NCBI GenBank assembly: GCA_964291395.2
Contig: OZ219858.1
Coordinates: forward strand, 1,056,001 to 1,120,000
Reading direction: 5' to 3'
Origin: Alphaproteobacteria bacterium
GTDB taxonomy: Bacteria > Pseudomonadota > Alphaproteobacteria > UBA2966
Length of the DNA stretch: 64,000 nucleotides
Under the pieces are notes generated by a model. The model worked only from the letters and a program-made list of their open reading frames with translations. It was not told where the DNA came from and did no database searches. The translations under genes were made by a program, and so were the position numbers. Numbering within the stretch: the stretch's first letter is position 1; each line of letters begins with the position of its first letter. Positions 20,170 through 31,533 of the stretch are shown here, one piece after another.

Positions 20170-21615
20170 ATGTCCGCAAACGGATACGAGAAACTCGAGC
20201 TTTTCATAGACGGCGAGTTCCGCCAGGGAAGCGAAGGCAAGACGGAGGACGTCGTCAATCCCGCCGACGAGAACGTGCTCGGCGAGCTGCCGCACGCCTC
20301 GAAGGCCGATCTCGACGAAGCGCTTGCCGCCGCCGACCGCATGTTTCCCGTGTGGCGGGACACGCCGGCGGTTCAGCGCGCGCAGGTGTTGAGCAAGGCC
20401 GGACAGCTCATGCGGGAGCGGATGGACCCCATCGCCCGCACCATGACGATGGAACAGGGCAAGGTCCTGAACGAAGCCAGGCTCGAGGTAGGTATCTCGG
20501 CGGAGATCTGCGAGTGGTACGCGGGCGAGTGCATGCGTTCCTACGGCCGGATCATCCCCGGCCGGACGGCCAACTCGCGCGGCATGGTCCTCAAGGAGCC
20601 GGTCGGGCCGGTCGCGGCGTTCACGCCGTGGAATTTCCCGGCTTATACGCCGATGCGCAAGATTTCCGCGGCCCTGGCGGCGGGTTGCTCGGTGGTCATC
20701 AAGGCCTCGGAAGAGACGCCGGGCACGTGCGTGGCCATCGCGCGCGTATTTCAGGATGCGGGGCTTCCCGACGGCGTGCTGAACGTCGTGTTCGGCGTGC
20801 CCGCCGAGGTCTCCGAGTACCTCATCCCCCATCCGGCGATCCGCAAGATTTCGTTCACCGGATCGGTTCCGGTGGGCAAGCTCCTGTCCAGCATGGCGGG
20901 CGAGCACATGAAGCGCGCCACCATGGAATTGGGGGGGCATTCGCCGGTGATCGTTTTCGACGACGCCGATACCGAAAAGGTCGTGAAGATGGTGGTCGGC
21001 GGCAAGTTCCGCAATGCCGGACAGGTCTGCATCTCGCCGACGCGCTTCTACGTCCAGGAGAACAAGTACGGTGAGTTCGTCAGCAGGTTCACCGAGATGG
21101 CGGAGGCGATGAACGTCACCAACGGTCTCGAGGAAGGCGCGGACATGGGCCCGCTCGCCAATCCGCGGCGTCTCGACGCGATGTCGGGATTCGTGGCGGA
21201 CGCCCGGGAGCACGGCGCGGACGTGCGCACCGGCGGCGAGCGGATCGGCAACCAGGGCTTCTTCTTCCAGCCGACGGTGATGGCCGACGTGCCCGAAGAC
21301 GCCCGGATCATGAACGAGGAGCCGTTCGGGCCGGTCGTCCCGGTCACCACGTTCAAGGAGTTCGACGAAGTGATCGAGCGTGCCAACAGGCTCGAGTTCG
21401 GGCTCGCTTCCTACGCCTTCACGAGCGACGACAACAAGGCGACGGCGCTGGCCGACAAGCTCGAGAGCGGCATGGTCGGCGTCAACAGCCTCGCCGTCTC
21501 GCTGCCGGAGGCGCCCTTCGGCGGGATCAAGGACAGCGGTCACGGTTCGGAGGGCGGCATCGAGGGCCTCGAGGCCTACCAGAACACCAAGTTCGTGCAG
21601 CACTGGGCCGCGTAA
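20170..21615 (+). CDS. NAD-dependent aldehyde dehydrogenase (succinate-/alpha-ketoglutarate-semialdehyde dehydrogenase-like)
   Basis: PWNFP, FTGS, MELGGHSP, NAGQVC, EEPFGP, PFGGIKDSG; GGAGGAG RBS. Confidence 0.92.
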   Translation: MSANGYEKLELFIDGEFRQGSEGKTEDVVNPADENVLGELPHASKADLDEALAAADRMFPVWRDTPAVQRAQVLSKAGQLMRERMDPIARTMTMEQGKVLNEARLEVGISAEICEWYAGECMRSYGRIIPGRTANSRGMVLKEPVGPVAAFTPWNFPAYTPMRKISAALAAGCSVVIKASEETPGTCVAIARVFQDAGLPDGVLNVVFGVPAEVSEYLIPHPAIRKISFTGSVPVGKLLSSMAGEHMKRATMELGGHSPVIVFDDADTEKVVKMVVGGKFRNAGQVCISPTRFYVQENKYGEFVSRFTEMAEAMNVTNGLEEGADMGPLANPRRLDAMSGFVADAREHGADVRTGGERIGNQGFFFQPTVMADVPEDARIMNEEPFGPVVPVTTFKEFDEVIERANRLEFGLASYAFTSDDNKATALADKLESGMVGVNSLAVSLPEAPFGGIKDSGHGSEGGIEGLEAYQNTKFVQHWAA

Positions 21616-21657
21616 GCCAGGCTGCGCTGCCCGCTCTTCCAAGGGGGTGATCGTCAT

Positions 21658-21684
21658 GGCGGTTCAAGCCCGGCTTGAACCGCC
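21658..21684. terminator. Perfect 13-bp inverted repeat between the convergent ALDH and tRNA-Thr genes
   Basis: GGCGGTTCAAGCC-C-GGCTTGAACCGCC; no clear U-tract, so terminator function is inferred. Confidence 0.55.
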
Positions 21685-21702
21685 CTCGATCATTTCGATG
21701 AA

Positions 21703-21777
<75 letters not shown>

Positions 21778-21852
21778 CCCCGAAGGAGGCGGACCTTGCC
21801 ACGAGTGCCGTGGCCCGGCAAGCCATCCATGACTCGTTGACCCGCGTCCCGT

Positions 21853-23373
21853 CTACCTGTCGCGCACCCGCTTCTCGACCAGTTCGTCGTAGCCGCCCAT
21901 CTCGTCGAGCGCCCGTTGGGCGGCCTCCTCGACCACGTCCCAACGGAAGTAGTGGCTCGCCCGCGTGCGGCCGACGTGCCGCGGGCCGTTGTAGAACATC
22001 TCGTACTGGATGTGCCGGCTGGCGAACTCGGAACCGACGAGGTCCCAGACGAGGCGCATGAGCTTGTAGCGCTCGACCGCGTCCTCGGCCTCCGCCATGA
22101 CGAACTTGCTGTACATCTCGCGGGTCTCGGGGTTGTCGAAGACCGAAACGTCGGCGGGCTGCTGAAAAGGGTGCGAACCCAGAAGTTCCCGAACCACCTG
22201 AACGAAATCCGGGTAGTCCCGCATGGTCCAGTCCATGGTCGCATACATGGTCTGGCGGTCGGGCGCGATGTATCCGTTGGGCCACGCCTCGGTGATATCG
22301 GTCTCGGCGGCGAGCAGCCCCTCGAGCATCGCGACGCGGATACAGAGATCGGCCAGCATGTCGCGCACGGCCGGCACCTGGGCGATGCCGTTCATTTCCG
22401 CGACTTTGCGCGTCACGCCGAGGATGAAGCGCAATTTCGACAGGAGCCGGACGTGGGCCTGATAGTTGCCCAGCACGTGCGCCGGGGTTTCGTGGAACAG
22501 GCCCCGCGAACTCTCGAGATTCTCGTACGCGAACACGTTCTCCCACGGAACGTGAACGCTGTCGAAGAAGACCACGCAGTCGGTCTCGTCGAACCGCCAG
22601 GCCAGCGGATCGTCGAGCTGGCTGGGCGCGTCCTGCTCGAAGGACCGGCGCGAGATCAGCTTGACCCCGGGAGCGTCCGTGGGAACGGTAAACGTCGCCG
22701 CGAAACGCTCCATGCCCGGCGCCAGCACCTGGAAGTTGCCGACCAGAATCTCGTCGGCGAGGACGGCGGCGGTCGCCAGGATCTTGAAGCCCCACACCGT
22801 CATGCCGGCATCGTCTTCGCCGATCGTGTGGAGGCCGGACTCGCCGCTCAACCTGGGATCGAGCGCGGCATTCTTTTCCGTCGTGAAGACCGAATCCACG
22901 CTCCGCGTCGCGGCGGGAGGGACGATCGCGTAGGTCACGAACAGATCGCCGTCGCGCACGCGCCGATAATAGTCGACGACGTGCGCTTCGAAGTCGCGGC
23001 CATCCGTCCTGGCGACCTCCGGCACGCAGGCCATGCCGGTGATCCAGCCGGCGACGTGATCCGGGGAGCGTCCATAGAGGCCCCACGAGACGTCGGACCA
23101 GGCCTGATGGGCCCGCCCCCGGGCCAGCAGGTCGTCGCGCGTCCGGGGCTTCAGGTAATTGTTGCTGCAGCGCTCGCCCGTTTCCTCTTCGAAGTAGCTG
23201 AGCTCATTGGCCCGAGAGGGGTCCGACGTCACGTCGTAAAGCTGCGCCGTCGTCCGAACGATGTTGCGAAAGGCCGGGTGCGCCGCGACGTCGTCGATGC
23301 GTTCGCCGCCCATGTAGACCTCGGGCTTTCGCCCTTTGACGTCGTCGAGATACTGCTGACCGGTTCTGAGCAT
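21853..23373 (-). CDS. 4-hydroxyphenylacetate 3-hydroxylase (HpaB/PvcC) family flavin-dependent monooxygenase
   Basis: 506 aa; RTGQQYL, HPAF, GRSPD, RFDETD, GSEFASRHIQYEMFY. Confidence 0.88.
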   Translation of the reverse strand: MLRTGQQYLDDVKGRKPEVYMGGERIDDVAAHPAFRNIVRTTAQLYDVTSDPSRANELSYFEEETGERCSNNYLKPRTRDDLLARGRAHQAWSDVSWGLYGRSPDHVAGWITGMACVPEVARTDGRDFEAHVVDYYRRVRDGDLFVTYAIVPPAATRSVDSVFTTEKNAALDPRLSGESGLHTIGEDDAGMTVWGFKILATAAVLADEILVGNFQVLAPGMERFAATFTVPTDAPGVKLISRRSFEQDAPSQLDDPLAWRFDETDCVVFFDSVHVPWENVFAYENLESSRGLFHETPAHVLGNYQAHVRLLSKLRFILGVTRKVAEMNGIAQVPAVRDMLADLCIRVAMLEGLLAAETDITEAWPNGYIAPDRQTMYATMDWTMRDYPDFVQVVRELLGSHPFQQPADVSVFDNPETREMYSKFVMAEAEDAVERYKLMRLVWDLVGSEFASRHIQYEMFYNGPRHVGRTRASHYFRWDVVEEAAQRALDEMGGYDELVEKRVRDR

Positions 23374-23513
23374 GACGCCGTCACTCTAGGCTTCATGCGA
23401 ACGCCGTGACAACCGGGCCTCCGAAAGCCCGGATACCCGGCGGATCGCCTTGCGCCCCCATTGCCTTCGCGGTCCGATCTGGAGTAATTGCCGGCATCGG
23501 GTGGATCAAAGAC

Positions 23514-23681
23514 ATGGCGGAACACCGCAAGACCAGGAAGGATCCCGAACGAAGCGCCCGCTTGTCGGAGGCGCTGCGCCGGAACCTTCGGCGCCGGAAA
23601 CAACAGGCCCGTGAGCGCAATCGGGAGCCCGAGGCCGAGCGGGAACGCCTCGCCGACCGATCACGCGAGGAGCGCGACTAG
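23514..23681 (+). CDS. Small basic conserved hypothetical protein upstream of murA
   Basis: RLSEALRRNLRRRKQQARER resembles the small ORF commonly found before alphaproteobacterial murA (recalled). Confidence 0.6.
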   Translation: MAEHRKTRKDPERSARLSEALRRNLRRRKQQARERNREPEAERERLADRSREERD

Positions 23682-23834
23682 GCGACAAAGCCCCGGATCC
23701 CTGTCGGGAACCCCGGATTTCTCCGTCGCCTCGCGGTTTGCATCGACGTTGGATTGGGCTACAACGGCGCCGGTCCGGATCGGCCCGAAAGACGCATGAA
23801 AGGCTCGAGAAGCCTTGGTGCCGGATGAAGGTTC

Positions 23835-25145
23835 ATGGATAGAATTCGCATCACCGGCGGCGTACCGCTCGAGGGCGACATTCCCATCAGCGGGGCGAAG
23901 AACGCAGCCTTGCCGCTGATGACGGCGAGTCTGCTGACGGACGGGCCTCTGCAGCTCTCCAACCTGCCGCATCTCATGGACATCAGCACGCTGGCGGATT
24001 TGCTGACGTCGCTCGGCGTCGACATCACCATGGAGGGCGATGCGGACGACGACGGACATACCGGCCGTGTCCTGACGCTGACCTGCGGCGACCTGTCGGG
24101 AACGACCGCGCCGTACGATCTGGTGCGCAAGATGCGGGCATCGATCCTCGTGCTGGGGCCGCTGCTCGCGCGCGCCGGAACGGCGAGGGTTTCACTTCCG
24201 GGCGGTTGCGCCATCGGAACGCGTCCCGTGGATCTTCATCTGGCCGGCCTGGCGGAACTCGGCGCGGAGATCGAGTTGACGGACGGTTACATCGAGGCGC
24301 GAGCGCCGCGGGGCCTGAAAGGGTCCGTCATCCGGTTCCCCAGGGTCTCGGTCGGGGCGACCGAGAATCTGCTGATGGCGGCGACGCTGGCGGAGGGAGA
24401 AACGGTCCTCGAGAACGCCGCCCGGGAACCCGAAGTCGGCGATCTCGCGAACTGTCTCACCGCGATGGGCGCGGAAATTGACGGCATCGGCACGGATCGG
24501 CTGGTCGTCACCGGCGTCCCTCGATTGGCGGGGACCCGGTACCGCGTGATGCCCGATCGGGTGGAGACGGGCACGTTCGCCGTCGCCGCCGCGATCACGG
24601 GCGGCGATCTGACGTTGCGCCACGCGGACGCCGATGGGGTCAGCGCCGTGGCGGACGTGATGGCCCGCGCCGGTGTCGCCGTGAAGCGAAAGGCCGGAGG
24701 GCTCCGCGTCCGCCGGAACGGCGCGGGGATCAGCGCGGTCGACGTGACGACGCAGCCCTATCCGGGATTTCCCACCGACATGCAGGCGCAGGTCATGGCG
24801 CTCATGGCGTTCAGCGACGGGGCGGCGATGATCACCGAGACGATCTTCGAGAACCGCTTCATGCACGTGCCGGAACTCGCGCGTATGGGGGCCGACATCA
24901 CCGTGAGCGGATCGTCGGCGATGGTGCGCGGGGTCTCCGGGTTGAAGGGCGCTCCGGTCATGGCCACGGATCTGCGGGCCTCCGTCTCGCTCGTCCTCGC
25001 CGGGCTCGCGGCAACCGGCGACACGTTGGTGAATCGCGTCTACCACCTCGATCGCGGCTATGAACGGCTCGTGCAGAAGCTCGCGGCCTGCGGGGCGCGG
25101 ATTGAGCGCATTTCGGATCGAGGAGGGTCGGTCCGTGACGGATGA
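23835..25145 (+). CDS. murA: UDP-N-acetylglucosamine 1-carboxyvinyltransferase
   Basis: [41 protein letters not shown]. Confidence 0.98.
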   Translation: MDRIRITGGVPLEGDIPISGAKNAALPLMTASLLTDGPLQLSNLPHLMDISTLADLLTSLGVDITMEGDADDDGHTGRVLTLTCGDLSGTTAPYDLVRKMRASILVLGPLLARAGTARVSLPGGCAIGTRPVDLHLAGLAELGAEIELTDGYIEARAPRGLKGSVIRFPRVSVGATENLLMAATLAEGETVLENAAREPEVGDLANCLTAMGAEIDGIGTDRLVVTGVPRLAGTRYRVMPDRVETGTFAVAAAITGGDLTLRHADADGVSAVADVMARAGVAVKRKAGGLRVRRNGAGISAVDVTTQPYPGFPTDMQAQVMALMAFSDGAAMITETIFENRFMHVPELARMGADITVSGSSAMVRGVSGLKGAPVMATDLRASVSLVLAGLAATGDTLVNRVYHLDRGYERLVQKLAACGARIERISDRGGSVRDG

Positions 25146-25593
25146 ACCTCTCAAGTTGAGCGCGCGGGATACGGAAGATCTCTCGGTGGTCTCCACGATG
25201 GTCCAGGACGCTTTGACCCGCACCGGCGACATGGTCTTTCATCAGCGGGAACGGCGGTTCCTCGTGCTCCTGGATCGTTTCATGTGGGAGCGGGACGATG
25301 GGGAACCCGTCGACGGCAAGCTCTATCGGCGCGTCCGCTCGATACTCCACTTCGACGACGTCCTCGGCGTGAAAACCCGGAACCTCGACATGAACGCGCG
25401 GGAGGAGGTTCTGGAGTTGCTGGCAATGGGCGTTTCCGGGACCTCCGAACCCGCCTCGCAGGTGGAGCTCGTGTTCGCCGGCGGTGGCGCCGTGCGTCTG
25501 GATGTGGATTGTATCGAATGCCGGCTGACGGATCAGGGGCGGCCCTGGGTCACGCGGCGGCGGCCCCGGCACGCCGTCGACACGGCGAACTGA
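25135..25593 (+). CDS. DUF2948 family protein
   Basis: [38 protein letters not shown]; AGGAGG RBS before GTG; conserved position after murA. Confidence 0.85.
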   Translation: MTDEPLKLSARDTEDLSVVSTMVQDALTRTGDMVFHQRERRFLVLLDRFMWERDDGEPVDGKLYRRVRSILHFDDVLGVKTRNLDMNAREEVLELLAMGVSGTSEPASQVELVFAGGGAVRLDVDCIECRLTDQGRPWVTRRRPRHAVDTAN

Positions 25594-25655
25594 GGCATCG
25601 CGCCGTCCGCGTCCCGGCTCCGTTCGGCACGTCAGAGCGATTGAGGAACATCACC

Positions 25656-26318
25656 GTGTCTCCGACAGAACCCATCGTCATCGCACTGCCGCGCGGACGC
25701 ATTCTGCGCGAAGTGATCGATGTCGTGCGCCGGGCCGGTGTGGAACCGGAACCGGCGTTCGACGATCCTGGCGCGCGCCGGTTGCGGTTCAGCACCAACC
25801 TCCCCCACGTCTCCATCGTCCGGGTGCGGAGTTTCGACGTCGCGACCTTCATCGCCTTCGGCGGCGCGCAGCTCGGAGTTGCCGGAAACGATGTTCTGAC
25901 CGAATTCCAGTATCCGGAGATCTACGCGCCGCTCGACCTCGGGGTGGGAGAGTGCCGCCTCGCCGTCGCCGAACCCAAGGAGCTCGGCGCCCATGACGAT
26001 CCGTCACGATGGAGCCACGTTCGCGTGGCGACGAAATACCCGTCGATCACCCGCCGCCACTTCGCGGCCCGGGGCGTGCAAGCGGAATGCATTCATTTGA
26101 ATGGGGCGATGGAGCTGGCCCCGGCGCTGGGACTTTGCCGGCGCATCGTCGACCTCGTGTCCACGGGCGCGACGCTGCGCGCGAACGGGTTGGTGGAAGT
26201 CGAACATATCGCCGACGTGACCTCCCGTTTGGCCGTCAACCGCACCGCGCTCAAGACACGATCCCGCGAGATGAACGAATGGATACAACGGTTTCGGGAG
26301 GCGTCCGATGCCGGTTAG
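25656..26318 (+). CDS. hisG: ATP phosphoribosyltransferase, short (HisZ-dependent) form
   Basis: [37 protein letters not shown]; 220 aa. Confidence 0.95.
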   Translation: MSPTEPIVIALPRGRILREVIDVVRRAGVEPEPAFDDPGARRLRFSTNLPHVSIVRVRSFDVATFIAFGGAQLGVAGNDVLTEFQYPEIYAPLDLGVGECRLAVAEPKELGAHDDPSRWSHVRVATKYPSITRRHFAARGVQAECIHLNGAMELAPALGLCRRIVDLVSTGATLRANGLVEVEHIADVTSRLAVNRTALKTRSREMNEWIQRFREASDAG

Positions 26319-27618
26319 ACTCGAGGTGTCGGATGCGGCGTTCGAGACCGCGTTCGCGACCTTTCTCCAAACCAAGCGTGAGGTAGCGGCAGACGTCTCC
26401 CAGGATGTCGCGCACATCATCGACGACGTCCAAGGCCGCGGTGACACGGCGGTCATTGCCTGCGCGGAGAAGTTCGAGGGCCAGATCCTGACCCCGGAGA
26501 CGCTGCGCATTTCGGAAGAAGAGGTGCGGCGGGCCGCCGCCGCCGCACCCGCCGAGGTTCGAAAGGCGCTCGCCGTCGCCGCCCGGCGAATCGAGGCGTA
26601 CCACCAGCGGCAGATCCCTCAGGATCTGGAGTTCGAGGATCGCGACGGCGTCGCGTTGGGACATCGCTGGACTCCGATTTCCACCGTTGGGCTGTACGTG
26701 CCGGGCGGATCGGCGGCCTATCCGTCGACGGTGTTGATGACGGCCATCCCCGCGAAGACCGCGGGCGTCGGCCGGATCGTCATGACGGTTCCCACGGCCG
26801 GCGGGGAACTCCACCCCGCGGTCGCGGCGGCTGCGGAACTCGCCGGCGTGACCGAGATCTATCGAGTCGGGGGCGCACATGCGATTGCCGCGCTGGCTTT
26901 GGGAACGGACGCCATACCCGCGGTCGACAAGATCGTCGGCCCGGGAAACGCCTACGTGACCGCGGCCAAACGTCAACTGTTCGGCAGGGTGGGCATAGAC
27001 ATGATCGCGGGACCCTCCGAAATTCTCGTCGTGGCGGACTCCCGGAACGACCCGGCATGGATAGCCGCGGATCTGCTGTCTCAGGCGGAGCACGACGAGA
27101 ACGCGCAGGCGATCCTGATAACGGATGACGTCGATTTCGCCGACTCGGTCGAACGGGCGATCTCCGGTCACCTGTCACGTCTCGGGCGCGCCACCATCGC
27201 CTCCGACGCGTGGCGGGACTACGGAGCGGTCATCCTGGTGGACAGCCTGGATGCCGCGCCGCCGATCATCGATCGGATCGCGCCCGAGCATCTCGAGCTC
27301 GCGGTCTCGGATCCCGGCCCGCTGGCGGGCGCCGTGCGCCACGCCGGGACAATCTTTTTGGGTCGCTACACGCCGGAAGCGGTGGGCGATTACGTGGCAG
27401 GCCCGAGCCATGTCCTGCCCACCGCGAGGAGTGCCCGATTCTCGTCGGGGCTCTCGGTGCTCGATTTCATGAAACGAACCTCGCTGGTGCGATGCGATGC
27501 CCGGAGCCTCCGAGCCGTGGGCCCGGCGGCGGCGGCCCTCGCCGAGGCCGAAGGGTTCGGCGCCCATGCCTTGTCGCTGAACATCCGTCTGAACGACGAC
27601 GGACCTTCCGAGTCCTGA
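26308..27618 (+). CDS. hisD: Histidinol dehydrogenase
   Basis: [34 protein letters not shown]. Confidence 0.98.
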   Translation: MPVRLEVSDAAFETAFATFLQTKREVAADVSQDVAHIIDDVQGRGDTAVIACAEKFEGQILTPETLRISEEEVRRAAAAAPAEVRKALAVAARRIEAYHQRQIPQDLEFEDRDGVALGHRWTPISTVGLYVPGGSAAYPSTVLMTAIPAKTAGVGRIVMTVPTAGGELHPAVAAAAELAGVTEIYRVGGAHAIAALALGTDAIPAVDKIVGPGNAYVTAAKRQLFGRVGIDMIAGPSEILVVADSRNDPAWIAADLLSQAEHDENAQAILITDDVDFADSVERAISGHLSRLGRATIASDAWRDYGAVILVDSLDAAPPIIDRIAPEHLELAVSDPGPLAGAVRHAGTIFLGRYTPEAVGDYVAGPSHVLPTARSARFSSGLSVLDFMKRTSLVRCDARSLRAVGPAAAALAEAEGFGAHALSLNIRLNDDGPSES

Positions 27619-27623
27619 CGACC

Positions 27624-28097
27624 GTGTCCGATCGTCATCGGATTATCGACGTCACGCTCGACGAAGGGAGCTTCGTTCGGCGAAACCCCGACGTCGATCA
27701 CGAGCGCCGGGTCGCCATTTTCGACCTTCTGCAGGAGAACCGGTTCGTCCTGACCGGCGGGGCCGAGGGTCCGTTCCGGGTGCACATCAGCGTGCGCGAA
27801 ACCCGGCTCGTTCTGGAAGTGCGGTCCGAGGACGAGCGCGATGTCGACACCATCGTTCTGGCGCTGACGCCGTTCCGCCGCATCATCCGCGAATATTTTC
27901 TGATCTGCGAGAGCTACTACAACGCCATCAAGACGGCCACGCCCTCTCGCATCGAGGCCATCGACGTGGGACGGAAGGGGCTCCACGACGAAGGCGCGCA
28001 GCTTCTGCGACACCATCTCGCGGCCAAGGTGGATGTGGACGAGGCGACTTCCCGGCGGCTCTTCACCCTGCTCTGCGTGTTGCATTTCAAGGGCTGA
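27624..28097 (+). CDS. UPF0262 family protein
   Basis: HERRVAIFDL, YFLICESYY, IEAIDVGR.GLHDEG, RRLFTL. Confidence 0.9.
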   Translation: MSDRHRIIDVTLDEGSFVRRNPDVDHERRVAIFDLLQENRFVLTGGAEGPFRVHISVRETRLVLEVRSEDERDVDTIVLALTPFRRIIREYFLICESYYNAIKTATPSRIEAIDVGRKGLHDEGAQLLRHHLAAKVDVDEATSRRLFTLLCVLHFKG

Positions 28098-28112
28098 CCG
28101 TAGCCGGAAGCG

Positions 28113-28556
28113 ATGGCTGATCTCCCCCACGCGGTCCTGTACTCGTGCACCATGAACGCGGTGCGCTCGCCGATGGCCGAGGGTATCACGAAGCACTATT
28201 TCGGCCATCAGGTCTACGTCGACTCGGTGGGCGTGAGGCAAGGTGAACCAAACGCCTTCGTCGCGGCCGTCATGGAGGAGATCGGAATCGATCTCTCCCG
28301 TCACAACCCCAAGACCTTCGATCAGCTCGAAGACACCTCCTACGACCTCGTGATCTCGCTCTCCCCCGACGCCCAGCACCGCGCCGTCGAGTTGACACGC
28401 ACCATGGCCTGCGAACTCGAATACTGGCAGACCTTCGATGCGACGGTGGTACAGGGTAGCCGCGAGACGATCCTCAATGCCTATCGCAGTGTCCGGGACT
28501 CGCTCCAGGAGCGCATTCTGCGACGCTTTTCGGACGACACCCCGCCCGGGACTTAG
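28113..28556 (+). CDS. Low-molecular-weight phosphatase/ArsC family protein
   Basis: [13 protein letters not shown]-loop (CX5R). Confidence 0.88.
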   Translation: MADLPHAVLYSCTMNAVRSPMAEGITKHYFGHQVYVDSVGVRQGEPNAFVAAVMEEIGIDLSRHNPKTFDQLEDTSYDLVISLSPDAQHRAVELTRTMACELEYWQTFDATVVQGSRETILNAYRSVRDSLQERILRRFSDDTPPGT

Positions 28557-28708
28557 CCGTCGGAACCCCGACGGGCACCGCGCTGCGGACGGACGGACGA
28601 TGGAAGGCGGATCAAGGAAAATTCTGCGCAAGCTTGATTTTTTGGCCGTCGCACGCCTTCATTGCGGCGCAAACAGACGTAATTCGTTCCATCAATGCTG
28701 GAGGGTGG

Positions 28709-28927
28709 ATGGCTAAGGAAGAACTTTTGGAGTTTCCCGGCGTCGTGAGAGAGCTCCTGCCGAACGCCATGTTCCGGGTCAAATTGGAGAATGGTCACGA
28801 AGTGTTGGCCCACACCGCGGGAAAGATGCGCAAGCACCGCATTCGCGTGCTTGCCGGCGATAAGGTCCTGGTCGAAATGACTCCCTATGATCTGACCAAG
28901 GGCCGCATCACGTTCCGCTACAAGTAA
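28709..28927 (+). CDS. infA: Translation initiation factor IF-1
   Basis: [24 protein letters not shown]...[15 protein letters not shown], 72 aa. Confidence 0.98.
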   Translation: MAKEELLEFPGVVRELLPNAMFRVKLENGHEVLAHTAGKMRKHRIRVLAGDKVLVEMTPYDLTKGRITFRYK

Positions 28928-28939
28928 ATCAGTCTCTCG

Positions 28940-29569
28940 TTGGGCGCGCTGCCCGGTTCGCCTCTGGTCCTTGCTTCGGCTTCGCCTCGGCGCCGGCAGC
29001 TGCTTCTCCAGGCAGGTCTGGCGCCTGACGAAATCCGTACGGCGGAGATCGACGAAACCCCGCACCCGGGGGAACTGCCCGGGGACTTGGCGCGGCGGCT
29101 GGCACAGGAAAAAGCCCGTCGGGTCGCCGAGTCGCGCGCCGACGCATTCGTCCTGGCCGCCGACACGGTCGTGGCCTGTGGCCGGCGAATCCTTCCGAAA
29201 GCGTACGACGAGGAGGAAGCCCGATACTGCCTCAATCTGCTGTCGGGCCGGCGTCACCGCGTGTTTTCGGGCGTGGCGGTTGTCGATACGCGGCAGCGCA
29301 TGCGGTCCCGTCTCGTCATGTCGACCGTCGCCTTCAAGAGGCTGGAAAGATCGGAGATTGACTCCTACGTTGTCTGCGGAGAATGGCAGGGCAAAGCAGG
29401 CGGTTACGCAATCCAGGGACGTGCGGCCCTTTTTGTTCGCTGGCTTCGGGGCTCCTTTTCCGGGGTTGTCGGCCTGCCGCTTCACGAAACCGCAGCGATG
29501 CTGTCCGGGGTCGGGTATCCTGTTCTAGAAGCGCAAGGCCGGTCCGGGATGGATGCACGCGATGACTGA
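28940..29569 (+). CDS. maf: Maf family nucleotide pyrophosphatase
   Basis: LASASPRR, AADTVV, GKAGGYAIQG, VVGLP. Confidence 0.95.
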   Translation: MGALPGSPLVLASASPRRRQLLLQAGLAPDEIRTAEIDETPHPGELPGDLARRLAQEKARRVAESRADAFVLAADTVVACGRRILPKAYDEEEARYCLNLLSGRRHRVFSGVAVVDTRQRMRSRLVMSTVAFKRLERSEIDSYVVCGEWQGKAGGYAIQGRAALFVRWLRGSFSGVVGLPLHETAAMLSGVGYPVLEAQGRSGMDARDD

Positions 29570-31013
29570 AGAAATCCTGATCAACGTCAGTCCCATCCTG
29601 ACGCGGGTGGCTCGGGTATCGGATGGCGAGCTCATCGATCTCGCCATCGAGCCAACGGGCCGCTGCAGTTCGGTCGGAAACATATACCTGGGGCAGGTGC
29701 TTAGCGTCGTGCCCGCCCTGCGCGCGGCGTTCGTGGACGTGGGATTGAAGCGGGACGGGTTTCTGTCTGCCGATAGCGCCCGCGAACTGGCCGCAGATCA
29801 GCACGGAGACGGTCCGCCCCCGCCGATCAACAAGCTCGTTCGCGAAGGGGATGCCCTACTCGTTCAGGTCGCCCGCGACGCCTTTGGGGACAAAGGCGCC
29901 CGCTTGACGACATCGCTCTCGTTGCCGGGGCGGACACTGATCTATTCGCCCTATAGAACCGGTGTCGCGTTGTCGCGTCGCATCCTCGACGAGAAGGAGC
30001 GTGAGCGTCTTTCCGATGCCCTGGAGGAGCTGCTGGGTGACAACGAAGGTGTGATCGTCCGAACCAATGCGGAAGGAGCCGGTCCGGAAGAGTTTTCCCA
30101 GGAATTGGACGCGCTGCGTCAAGTCTGGCGAACGACTCTTCGGGATGCGGAAAAGGTCGACCCCCCAGCCGTCATCCACACCGATCTGGGTGTTGTAGCG
30201 CGCGCCGTTCGCGACTATGTGTCTTCGCCGGAGACGGTCGTGCTCGTCGACGATGCAGAGGCGCTGGCCGATGCGAAAGCGTATGCGGGCACGATCATGC
30301 CGGCGCTGGTCGACCGCATGTCGCTCTACACCGGGAGCGGCAGTCTCTTTGACCGGCACGAGCTTGAGGATCAAGTCGCGGAGGTCTTCGAGCCGAGCGT
30401 ACCCCTGCCGGGCGGCGGCCGGATCATCATCGAAACGACGGCGGCGCTGACGGCGATCGATGTCGATTCCAAAGGGCGCAACCGGGGAAATCCCGAGGAA
30501 GCCGCGTTGCAGACGAATTTGGAAGCGGCCGAGGAGGTCGGGCGCCAGCTTCGGCTGCGGGGGATCGGGGGCGCTGTCGTTGTCGATTTCATCCAGATGC
30601 GCCGGCGGGGAAACGCCGAGCGCGTGGTGGAAGCCCTGCAGGAAGTCCTCCATGAAGATCCCGCACCGACCGACGTGGGCACGTTGTCCCGGTTCGGCCT
30701 GCTGGAGATGACCCGGCGCCGGACCGGACCGGCGCTCTCGGAGATTGTCAGCCAGGCCTGTCCGGTCTGTGAAGGCCGGGGCCTGATCGATACGGCCGAG
30801 ACGGCGGCCGATCATGCCTTGGCGACCGCGGAGCGCGAAGCCGAAGAGGACCCGGGCGGTTCGTTGACCATCGTCGCGGTTCCGGATGTGATCTCGGCCA
30901 TCGAACGGACCGCCGACGCGGACGCTCTCGGCCGGCGTTTGGGGTGTAAAATAACGCTCCGCCGGGACGAGGCATTCGCGCCCGATCATTTCGATGTCGT
31001 GCGCGACAACTAG
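29562..31013 (+). CDS. Ribonuclease E/G family (RNase G-like)
   Basis: GNIYLG, AAFVDVG, KGARLT, IDVDS, RQLRLRGIGG.VVVDFI, CPVC. Confidence 0.93.
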   Translation: MTEEILINVSPILTRVARVSDGELIDLAIEPTGRCSSVGNIYLGQVLSVVPALRAAFVDVGLKRDGFLSADSARELAADQHGDGPPPPINKLVREGDALLVQVARDAFGDKGARLTTSLSLPGRTLIYSPYRTGVALSRRILDEKERERLSDALEELLGDNEGVIVRTNAEGAGPEEFSQELDALRQVWRTTLRDAEKVDPPAVIHTDLGVVARAVRDYVSSPETVVLVDDAEALADAKAYAGTIMPALVDRMSLYTGSGSLFDRHELEDQVAEVFEPSVPLPGGGRIIIETTAALTAIDVDSKGRNRGNPEEAALQTNLEAAEEVGRQLRLRGIGGAVVVDFIQMRRRGNAERVVEALQEVLHEDPAPTDVGTLSRFGLLEMTRRRTGPALSEIVSQACPVCEGRGLIDTAETAADHALATAEREAEEDPGGSLTIVAVPDVISAIERTADADALGRRLGCKITLRRDEAFAPDHFDVVRDN

Positions 31014-31046
31014 TAAACCGCGCGTCAGGGCGCGTATGAGGCGGCG

Positions 31047-31289
31047 GTGACGGTCGAACGTCTCCCGATCAAGCCCAAGCGGACCAAGAAGGCGGCCTGT
31101 CCCATATGCGGGTCGCCCGCCGGTCAGGACCATGAACCGTTCTGCTCCAAGCGCTGCAAGGAGATCGATCTGGGGAGGTGGTTTTCCGGCTCCTATGCCA
31201 TTCCGGCGGTGGAGCCGCCCGACGGCGCAGAACTGGAAGAGCTGATCGAGGCGGCCGAAACGGCGGGGGACGTGGACGACCCCGACTGA
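31047..31289 (+). CDS. yacG: DNA gyrase inhibitor YacG
   Basis: CPICG...[15 protein letters not shown]. Confidence 0.93.
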   Translation: MTVERLPIKPKRTKKAACPICGSPAGQDHEPFCSKRCKEIDLGRWFSGSYAIPAVEPPDGAELEELIEAAETAGDVDDPD

Positions 31290-31340
31290 TCGCGGGAACC
31301 TCGACGGGTTGGCTCAGGACAGAGGCCGTGGCGGTCGCCC

Positions 31341-31533
31341 ATCGTTCTGGAGGGCCGCGGCGGTACGGCGGCAGGTCATGAACTCGACACCTTCCTGAAG
31401 GACGCCGCGATTGAACCGACGCCGGTCACGGTGGAACATATGGAAGCGGCTCGGCGCGCTCGCCGACGTGACGGGCGAGCCGCTGCCGTTCAAGGGCGAA
31501 GACTTCGCCCATACCGACGTCGAGGTCGCGTGA
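31341..31533 (+). pseudogene. VapC (PIN) toxin remnant with internal deletion
   Basis: IVLEGRGGTAAGHELDTFLKDAAIEPTPVTVEHMEAARRA joins, with a frame change, to LADVTGEPLPFKGEDFAHTDVEVA*; the LNFGDC segment is missing. Confidence 0.8.
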
